Shown here: in pieces, positions 23,028 to 32,806 of the stretch
How the letters are laid out: each line of letters opens with the position of its first letter
Numbering within the stretch: position 1 is the first letter of the stretch
NCBI GenBank assembly: GCA_900088475.1
Contig: FLMG01004490.1
Coordinates: 1-39,144 of the forward strand
DNA: 39,144 bases
Direction of reading: 5' to 3'
From: Hyphochytrium catenoides
Lineage: Eukaryota > Protista > Hyphochytriomycota
Position numbers and translations under genes: made by a program
Notes under the pieces: generated by a model
Seen by the model: the letters and a program-made list of their open reading frames with translations, nothing else
The model's database searches: none
What the model was told of the DNA's origin: nothing

Positions 23028-25681
23028 ATGCAGCATCGCGTAGTGTACCGGCTCTGTGGCCCCGCTGCCAGCAGCAGCCTCGGCCATGGACTTCAGAGAG
23101 CAGCAGGACGTAGGCGGCCGCTGGGAGGCATCCCGGCGCTGGCGCGTTTTGAAAGCGTGAGCGCCGCTGGCGGCCGGCCAACCCACATCACGCCCCGGCT
23201 CGCTCAGCAGCGCGCCGCGAAGGCCGCACGGCTGCAAGCGGAGGAGGAGGTACGCTGCTTGCAGTGCTGACAGTACTCATAGTGGACCCTCACCTGCTTC
23301 TGTCAACGTCAAGGCCAATCGGCCCGGACTTTTTAGGCGTCACGTTCTTCCCTTGGCGCTTTGGACCTTTGCATCTATCAGTGGCGGAGGTGCGGTCTCC
23401 AAGTCTGCATTACCTGGGCCTCTTTAAGCTAGCTGATGCTAACCTGACCCGGGCCGCCTGCTACTGCTCTCTCCCCTTTGTCTCTCTCTCTCACTCTCTC
23501 ACACATAGTGTACATGCTCAACAATGATCCGTCGGTGGGGCTAGCGGAGTCGTTCACCTCCACGATGAGTGAGTACCTCTTCCCTGCAAGCACTTTGAGT
23601 CTGGGCTATAACATCTGGAACGACCTTTCCTAGATCTTCTGAAGTTAGACGATGAGAAGCTGACAGAGGAGACGTTGGAAGGCCTGGCAAGAGCCACAGC
23701 GACCAATGGTAAGCAAAGAAGATCTCTTCTCTTCCTCTCATCTTGGGCAGTACCACGTCTCTCAGACTGTGCCCTCTTCTGCCCTCCATGTTTGGGTCTG
23801 CCAGAGTCTCTCCTCCTCCTCCATCTTTGCTTTTGGCTATGCAAGGAGGCTATCTCCACTAGGCTCCTCCTCCCTCCTCCCGCTTGGCCAAGTTGCTTCA
23901 CCTTAGCTCGCGCCCCTCAGACACCGCCAAGAGGCTGTTCCTGGATTCCCCAGAGCACTTTCTGAAGCTTCTCGACTTGGTAACCTCCGGTGAGGACTAC
24001 ACCTATCGTCAAGATAATACCTCGTCTCTTGTCTCTTGGAGCTGTGCCCTAATGGATAGCGTGACAGGAAAGAGTGTGACAAGCAGGCAGCACGCGGCAA
24101 AGTGCATTGAGAACATTACATTGGCGCCAGACTGCGGAAAGAAGGTAACCTAATCTCGTCGTTTTTCTTCTTCTCTATCTACATTCTTCCAGGAATACGT
24201 CTCAATTGGTCCACACTGACAGGTGCTGGAGAGCGGGCTGCACGAGCAGATTATTGGCACAGTGGCAGGGAAGAAGAGGTGCGATATTCACTTTGAGATC
24301 TCTACGCATGAGCTTCCACTCTTGCCAAACCTATTTTCTCCGTCCGCCGCTGAAGTGCCCTCCTTCATCCTGTCTCCTTTTCCTTCCAGGTCACTATTCG
24401 TGGTAAAGACCTTGACGTCGGCTGTTGCCAACTTGGTGGGACCAGGTACAATCTATCAATCTATTTCTGGGCGTTGGGAACGTGATGCTGACGTGCTACC
24501 TCGTGCCCTCCTCCCTTCCAGACGAAGAAAAGAACTGGCAGCTGGTCGAGGCAGGAGCCATACAGCTGTTCCAGGCAGTTAACAGCCACAAAGTGCTGCA
24601 GAGAGAGAAGTTTAAGATAGCACTTGAGCGGCTTTGTGCCACAGCTGTCACGCGTCCAGGTGGAGTCCTTCACGACTTCTCCAACCTACCTTTCGTGGTC
24701 CTACTACGTGTTCTTGCTATTCTATGCCCACTTCTTTCTTTGGGTTGATCTGGTCCTCTTTTTGCTTTATACTGCATAACCTTAGCTGTATCCTCTCTCC
24801 ATCGCTTCTTTCAGAGAGACTAGCGACCCTAGGATTGGATGGTGAGGAGCTGCAGCAGGTGCAGGAACTAGGTTGGCAAGCTCTCAAGGCAGCAGAGTCG
24901 CCTTGGCACGCGATGAGGAACACCATCATCGAGTCTGGAGTGTTGCTCTATTTTCATACTGCCGTGGGAGGCGCAGGTAATGTATGCCTTGGAGTCTCCT
25001 GTGCACTTGTCTCTATGGTCACCTTCTCCTGGTTGATCCGTGACCTCTTCAGCGACTCTGAAGTTTGCCCCAAACGTTCGGCCTCAGCTCAGGTTTTAGC
25101 CGGTCTTAGATGTACACTGTGTCTAACCTCCTACCTGTGTCTTTAACCCTTCTAGTCTGGGGAGCAATAGAGAGCTTTAGAAAGGGAGAGGCCGCTCGTG
25201 CAGTCCTTCGAAATAGTTTGAGAACCTCGATAGTGACTTCCCTTGTGCCAATCTACTCGGTAGGTGACGGGAAGAGATAATACCGGGCTGTCTCCCCTTC
25301 TCTCCTCTTCATTTGGCCCCTCTTTCCTCGTGCATCTGCTCCTCTCACTTGGATAACCATCCGACTTACCCTTTCTTGTTGCCATTGCGACAGGTTGGCG
25401 CTGTGGTCAGCACTTTCAACTATCTGAGGCGTAGAATGGACAAAGACGAGGAGAAGTTTGCTTTTTACTCTCTGGCAGGGCTGTCAGCGTACCCGCTTTA
25501 TAGAGTTCTACCCATTGTCGAGAGCTATGCCCCGAATTGGCTAGGAGGGCACATTGTGGGCTTCGTCTCCTTCTTCTTGTACATGTTGGTGACTGAGAAT
25601 GACCTGCTGAAGAACGATATGGAGCTCAAGCAGCGGGACCTTAAACAGCAGCAGAAGCTGCAGGTCCACTCGTCAGCTTAG
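23028..25681 (+). CDS. Uncharacterised, probably mitochondrial membrane protein: presequence - TM - ARM-like repeats - multi-TM C-terminus; about 11 exons
   Basis: Arg/Ala-rich, acid-poor N-terminus; TM HVLPLALWTFASISGGVYML; ARM-like segments RQHAAKCIENIT, VLESGLHEQII and NWQLVEAGAIQLF; hydrophobic C-terminal segments. GT-AG junctions join in frame to the TAG ending at 25681. Confidence 0.7.
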
Positions 25682-26512
25682 AGAAAGCCATCGAGATGCA
25701 TCGAGAGGCTCAGCCAATCACACACTCGGAAGGATCAGACAGCAGATTTCATTCACCTGGAGCTGCTGAGCCCGACCTCTTGCCATTGCCATGATCACCA
25801 TCTGAACCCACAGCGTCATGGCTGACGAGGGTGCTTCTTGGTTAACCGGAGTGCCCGCTACGTGGCCGGGATAGTGAAGGACGAGAGGTATAGGTGTTGA
25901 AACCTCCGAAGGTCCGCTAGAGAATTTGCAGACAGCGAGGTTAGGTGACACTTGTCTCTGCCGCTTACACTGGGCATAGCGCACATCAGATGATATTGAC
26001 TAATCTGGCTGTTATTGGCGTTGAGCATCAATGAGAGTTGCGAAGGAGCTGCAGCTGACCAGAAGGAAGAGTAAGGCATTTGACCAAGGATGTCAACTCA
26101 ATGAAAGCAGATATTCCCTGGAACATGTTCGTCCTCTGTCGATATTACGCATTGTTAATAAAGCCCGGTGCCTGCTGAGCAGATAGCGTGCGATAGAGGT
26201 ATGAAGACAGAGCTTCCTGTTCGACGAGCTAGTGCCATTCTCTGCATGTCAACAATCTAATAGTGGGTGAGACCCCCAGCCAAAGAAGAGTGGGAAGCAC
26301 TCTAACTAGGCTATGACTGCCATGATGCTTAACCTCTAGGGCCCAATCTTGGCAGGGAAGCTAGGCTAATATCTAGGCTATTATCGTACTCTCAATTCTA
26401 CGTTCGTCTATGGAGAGTTCGAGACAAAAATATGTAGAGAACGATGCTCAGTCGAAGAAGCACATGAGGATGGCTCTCTTAGAAAGACAAGCAGGGGAAA
26501 GGGGAAGCGCCC

Positions 26513-29500
26513 TTACAGTCCTGGGCCATCAATGCTGGCTACCGTTCCTTTCTTGGCGCTTGACTGCATTATGAAGGTCGTCGCCGCTTCCGTCCTCACA
26601 AACCTTTGAAAGGTGGGAAGCAGCAGACTGAGAACTTCCTTCTCCAGAACCTTGGCTGTCTCCTCAAGTTCCGTGCTACTCATCAGCACCTTGCCTCGGC
26701 CGCTATCCTTGCTCCGTATTACCTTCCTTAGGTCAGCAGAGATGTTGAGCTCACAAGGCGATTGCAAGGCAATGTACTTGATCACTATCTCCTTGAAGAT
26801 AAGAGCACGTTTCTCCGGCTGCTCTACCTCGAAAAAGCGAGACAGATCCTCCCAGGCCAAGAGGTTCTCCTCAGCCATTTGCTGCACGAGGAACTGTCGG
26901 AACTTGGTTTTGAGCAGCAGATCCGACACTAGCGCCTGCTTCAGCTGCTCACAGGTCGCAACAGAGGAGAGAAGCTCAAAGTTCCTAGGGTAGAGGAGAG
27001 AGAGAATGTCGGCATGTAGAGGAAGGAGGGAATGTTGGCATGAGACGCGTCCCAGCATAGCGGAATGGGAGACAAAATGAAAGAGAAAGAAACTCGTGGA
27101 AACCCGCAGGAGGGAAAAGGAGAGAACCCAAGCTCCTATGAACGCGGCGGTAATTAGGGAAAGAGGAATGAGAGGGCAGTCATACGAGGGAGGCTGGTTG
27201 AAAGGCATAGAAGATAAACTTACATATGATGCCGACTCTGCACGGCGTATGTCCCCGACCTTGACACCCTGCTGGCGATCAGCTTTGGCAGGAACCAGGC
27301 CAGCTGGAAGACCGTGATCTCAAGAAGGACTGCGTGCTGGAGAAAGATCTGAGGTCCCAGAGGGTACATGTCAATCGTCAGCCCCAGATAGAGCCTGATC
27401 GACTCAAAGCCAAAGAGAACTACGGCTGCCAGGCGGAACTGGCGGACGTGAGGCATATACCTCGCCAGGTCGCTGGTCTGGAAGAGCAGAAAGGCAAGTG
27501 AGGCGCCAAGAACTACCTTCCATATCGCCACAAAGTACGCCACACGCTGAGGCCGGAACCGAGTGGGCACCCCGACTATCCATTGACTCATAATGGTTAC
27601 CTCGGTCAAGGGTCTGGCGGCTGCGGGATCCTCTACAATATCAAAGAAAGAGCTTATGGCCGACGCAGCATAGATGAACGGAAGTCCCACGGCGATCGCG
27701 CGTTGCAGCTTCCTCATCTTTTTCAGAGAGTGCGGCGACCGCAATGCACTTTCATCTCCGCCCAGAAAGCCGAACTTAAGGATGGCAATGGGCGCAGAGA
27801 TTGTGCTGATTATCAGCGTGGCGAGGAGCCCATCGAGTATGAAGGCGTAGTCATATGGGTCCATCGCGGGAGGCACCCACAGGAAGAAGACGAGGCACGC
27901 TTGAGCTAGCAAGGAGCCCAACAGGATGGTTTGCGATGGGATGCCTGCTGCCATGAAAGCGTTCTCTCGGCGGTGACGGACCAAAGCTCCCAGCAGAAGA
28001 GCTGTGCTCAGGAAGGTGACAGCAAAGTGGCAGATGAGACCGCTTGAGTCGGCTGAGCCTAGGACTAAGTGGTTACACTCGATCGCGTTTGCAGGCAAAA
28101 GAGTTTGCCCATGGAGGCAGTGACTCTCTGGCTTCCAGTTGAACGTCACAAGTAGACTCTGCTCGTCTGTGACGCACTGTGACCCCAGCGTGGGCTGCAT
28201 ATCTGACAGTTGGCAGAGCGGCTCGGGCTCTAAGACGGAGTATTGTCCTACCCGGATCTTTCTCAACAGCTTGCGGCTCAGCTCTTGGGCTTCAGCTGTG
28301 GGCGGGATTGCGATGTCGAGGTCCGTGTTCAGGGCCCACTTGGCAAAAGAAGCATACACAAACGCAAGAGAGTGGTAATCTTCCTGCCAGTGTCTCCGTA
28401 TCGCGATATTGAAGGCTGAGGCTATGGGCCAGCAGCCAGCTTCCTCATAGACTGGGCTGACGGGCTTGAAGATCAGCCCGGTTGCCCCTTCAAGGGGCTT
28501 GTTGTCCTCGTCCTCTGACACTGAGTCATACAGCTTTGCTCCTGGAATGCCCGCCTGACAGGCCTTCAACTGAAGAGATGAGCTGGACAGCGGTCCTCTC
28601 CCCCGGGTGCTTTCGCCGTTATCGCTGCTGGGGACAGGCAGAAGCAGGTCCAGCGTGCTCTGGAAGATCTCAGGAGAGGTCCACACCAGCCCCAGCCCGC
28701 CAACCGTGGACGTGACTGCGGCAGTCACTAACTCATCTCGAACCATTGCACGGATATTGGTGCTGCCCTCAAGGAGGCGGGTTGTGAGGCCGTTGCAGTC
28801 ATGGAAAAAGCCAGAGTCCACAGCGTCAAGAACCGTGCAGACTGTCTGGGCTAAGAGAGTGCGTGGACCGTCAAGATAGAGTTGAATAGATACTGAGGGT
28901 AGGCTAGCACTTGGGTTCAGAGCCTGAATTTTCCCGTCATTCCACTACCATATCGTGCCCTTTAGAATCTCTCCTAGCACCTCCAGAGAAACATTGAGCC
29001 GAGCGACTCCTTGCAAGTTGAATATCAAAGACACGGGAAGTGTGAAGAGAGGCAAGAGCACGTGATCCTGGAAGCCCGCGGAGGCTAAAGAGAAGCTCTG
29101 GCTGGCAAAAATGGACAAATTGCTTGCCATTCCTAAGCCTATATCCTCGATCAACGGACCAGACCTGAGGTTCGAGCCCGCTTCCTTATTAAAGCCATCA
29201 TAGTAAGAGGCCAGGAAGGTATCGAGGAAGAGTCCTGGCAGCCCAACGACTGGCCCCAAGTCCTTCTTAGCCAATTGCACTAGAGAGCAAGCATCCACCG
29301 AGCAGTCTGTGACTCGATCTGTACCAAGATTACTGGGGGCACAAAGGATCTTTGTCTGTACGTCTGCGTCGATAAAGCTTCGAAAGTATTCAGTGAGCGT
29401 TGAGAAGCCCGTCGCCCTAGCGATGTCACTGAACTGTTGGCTGGTCAGCGCCCAGTGAATCCATTCCAGCATGGCCTGCCGCTCATGGCAGGTGTTCATG

Positions 29501-30734
29501 GTGACGTTGGTTCTAAAAATAAGATAGGAAATGGAGATGATAGGCCAGCCGCCGCTGGCACTGGTGTCGATAACAGGGGCCCTCCAATGTTCGTCGAACT
29601 GGGCCTCAACCCAGACCAGTGAGGCCATGACGGAGTCTGACGAGGCTACGACAGGTGTCCCAGCTCTGTTCATGAGACGAGCGACTGGCAGATGATAAGT
29701 GGAAGCTTCACTGAGAACAACATAGCCGATGCTGTAGGGCGTGCTTTGCACCTGGAGGCAGCAGGTGATGAGTCGAGTAAGTCTTCACTGTCCCTTGTTG
29801 TTTCTTCCGTCTCCTCCTCATCAAACAAAAAGCTTAACTTACCGTCACTGCAACGCCTGCCGTCCCCTTCGCCTCGTAGTATCGCCAAGTCCAGCCCTGG
29901 CCATCCCTGCAGGTCACCTCATTGAACGTCCCCGTGCCTGCCAGGCGGCTAGCGTTTGCTTCTGGACCGCACCATCGAGGCTGCTGAGACGAGGGCACTC
30001 GCTGGCTGAAGACTGTATCAAAGGATCCGAGCGCTGATGTCATGACTTGAGACGTTCCTGAGGAGTCCTGTCTCACGACCAGGGTGATGGGATAATCGAT
30101 AGGCTCCAAGCCTGGGTTCAGGGCTTTTATCTCAGGATCATTCCACCTGCAGAAGAAAGGAGAACAAAAGCCGAACCCATACTAAGAGACTGCAGACCCG
30201 CCGCCGAAAGGAAAGGAACCGAGCACTAGCAACGCGAGCAGCTTCTTCCACTTACCACGTGATAGCGCCCCTGAAGATACGAGCCAACACCTCGCGAGAT
30301 AGGAGGAGATCCTTTACACCTGGCAGATTGAATACTGGCACCACGGCTGAGAGACAGAGGGGAACCTGCATTAGGTCCGTGTAGGTGGCAAAGTCACTGC
30401 TATCTAGCGGAGCATCTACCACACCAAAAGCTGAGAGATTCGAAAGGAGCTTGGTCTTCCCAGCCCCAGATCCCACGGGATCATAGTTAATGCGTGTTGG
30501 GATCTCCCCAGCTGAAGTGCTGGAGGTGAACTGATGGTATAGGCGGTTAACTCGTCTCAGGAGATCTGTGGGAAGCGTGCCTCCCGCCACGTAGAGAGAC
30601 ACAGGGGGAGGATTCTGAGGGCTTCCATCAGCCTCTCCTGTGCTTAGGGTTAAACCGGAGCTCCTAGTAGGAAGCCAGAGTGAAGAGCTCATGAAGAGGA
30701 GACATGGGAGGATCCTGAGACAGATATTTCGCAT
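26513..30734 (-). CDS. PstS-PstS-7TM(class C-like)-RGS receptor; exons 30734-30256, 30146-29843, 29751-27224, 26984-26513; one in-frame TAG at 28947-28945
   Basis: Signal peptide; PstS motifs AGGTLP, YDPVGSGAG, FGVVD, GAITWWNDPEIKALNP, VRQDSSGT, IGYV and GGWPIISISY; second repeat GTIW*WNDGKIQALNP; seven hydrophobic helices ending WFLPK; RGS motifs FRQFLVQQMAEENLLAW, YIALQSPCELNIS and FQRFVRT. Exon lengths total 3783 nt, which is 1261 codons including the terminal stop. Confidence 0.85.
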
Positions 30735-32806
30735 CTTGCTTAGGAGTATAGTTTGCTCCTCGCTGAGTGTAAGAAGACGACGCTTGCCCCGCTTCTTCCC
30801 GTCTTAGACCTCATACAAAAGCGCTATCATGATGACTAGGGGACAAGTGATGTTGGAGACGGAGAGGTAAGAATGATGACGAAAGACTTGCAGGGCCACT
30901 GTCTCCCGCTGACGCTGCTGCACAACTAGGCGAGTATCTTGTTTGTTGCTGCTCTGATGGCTGCGGTGGTCTTCCATTACGGCTACGCACGCAGGTGCAA
31001 ATCTTAGACTAAAGAAGAATGTTCTGAAGTAGTGGAGAGGAGGCCAGGAGAAGAAGAGGTCGGCCCTCGCTCTCCTCGTCAGTGATCTTAGTAACACGGC
31101 TGCTCGCTGATCGAGCGCAAGATTCTCTTGGGTAGAGTTTCTATTATTGATCCTTTGGAGGAGCCTGCCGCAGGAGAGAGAGACGAGCAGCATCCCTTCC
31201 CTGGGTTGGGACAGACTTCGATAGCATGGAACAGAGGAGCCAGATTGTCGCTGCCCAGCGCGATCCGTAACCGCTGTGATGGTGAGGCTAGCAGCTGCTG
31301 GTTATCTGGGAGGAAGTAGATTCCTTCTCTTTGCCTTCCTTCCTCTTAATCCCCTTGCCACTGTGCTGCCAAGGACTTATGTGTCTACTTTCCTGGGAGG
31401 GACAGACTGGTCTTCACTCTTCTCTCATCATCTCCCTTTCTCATTCTTCCTTCTTCTCACTCTATTCGGTGATGGCAACAGTGATGGAAGGCGAATCATA
31501 TGTATAAATAGCATAACCTCAAGTTTCTCAGAGCCAAAAGAGAGCTGCTCGTAGTAGTGGAGAGAAAACGATGCAGTTGGTGGCACTCAACACCTTCTCT
31601 GTTCTCCTCTTGCTCATCCTTCCCTCTTGCAGAAAGAGGCTTATTCACTAAGCTACCGCTGCTTTGGCAATGGTGGCCGCTGGTGAGCGTGGGCCCGTAA
31701 CTGCCCAATAAGACGAACAACCAGGAGGTGGCGGAGGTGACCTACGAACAGATGAAGAGAAGGAAGGACATGCCTCCTCCGGGGACCTGCTCTCTGCTGC
31801 TGGTGCTCAGCTCTTCTCTCGTGCGTTCAGAAGATGATAGGAAAGGTTGGTTGGCATCATCTCCTCCTCGGTCGGAGGAGGAGGTGACTGGAGGCGACAG
31901 GCAGGAAGCAAGCTGAGTAGATTCCTTCTCCTCTCATTGTCTTGCCTTTGCCTAGCTCGGCTGGAGGAGTGCACCAGGAGGGGACTGGACCAGGAAAGCC
32001 AAGTGAGAAGGAGGGGGAACGGAGGGGGGAGGAGAGAGAGAGGAACGGAGGCATCGAGGAGGAAAGGTGAAGAGAAGAGGAAGACAGAGAAACCGTTGGC
32101 CTAGGTTTATCCAGTGATCAGAGCGCGCGAGACACGATGATAGACGAGGAGTGGGAGGAGGGGGAAGAGCAGCGAGCTGCAGCGATTATGTGTCCGTTAC
32201 AAGGGGAGGGGGAACTCTGGCTCTCGCTCTGTCTTCTCTTCCTGTGCTATTCAGCGAGACAGAGTCACAGAGAGACAAAGCCCCTAGGAAGAAATGACAG
32301 GAAGTAAGAGAGACAGAGATTTAAAAACTAACTACTGCCCCGCCCCACCCCTGGGTAAGTGGCTCTACCCCCGAGGCCTCCCCCTGATGGAGGAGTGAGA
32401 AGCCTCCATAAAGCTGATCGTGGATCAGAAGAGCTTCCCTTGTGAAGAACCTGCACTTCTAGACGAGCGAGCACTTTGCATCATCATCGGCCCCCGCCTT
32501 CTTCTTCCTTGATTGTCGAGATCATGCTGCTGTACGCACACACACATCGCGCGCCACGATTGACGCTGTACAAGCCAAAGGATCTTCTTCTTGTTGATGA
32601 GGTGAGGAGGAGGACGGAGACGAAGACCGGCCACACCTCTCTTACTTGTTCTATCAACTACTATGAGATTGATCATCAGCATAGTAAACGATAGTTCTTC
32701 TATCTCCACCTACGACCGGCAACTCCTGACAAACAGAGCCTGGTATTCAGAGCTGCGGTCTGCGAAAACCTTCCTAGAACAGACGTACTTTAGTAGTAGA
32801 AAAACA

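Noticed and set aside
23846-23862. Second apparent in-frame TAG, in the ARM/TM gene
   Set aside because: An in-phase acceptor at 23920 (CCCTCAG|AC) places it inside intron 23709-23920.
28945-28947. Alternative genetic code (TAG as sense), or an intron removing the stop
   Set aside because: TAG ends several conserved genes in this window at the expected positions. Splicing from GTAGTG to the nearest CAG shifts the frame and would delete the conserved WND..I.ALNP motif.
30735-32800. Short ORFs and phosphate-regulon motifs (CACGTG, GNATATNC) upstream of the receptor gene
   Set aside because: The ORFs are low-complexity with no motifs, and I did not spot these sites by eye.
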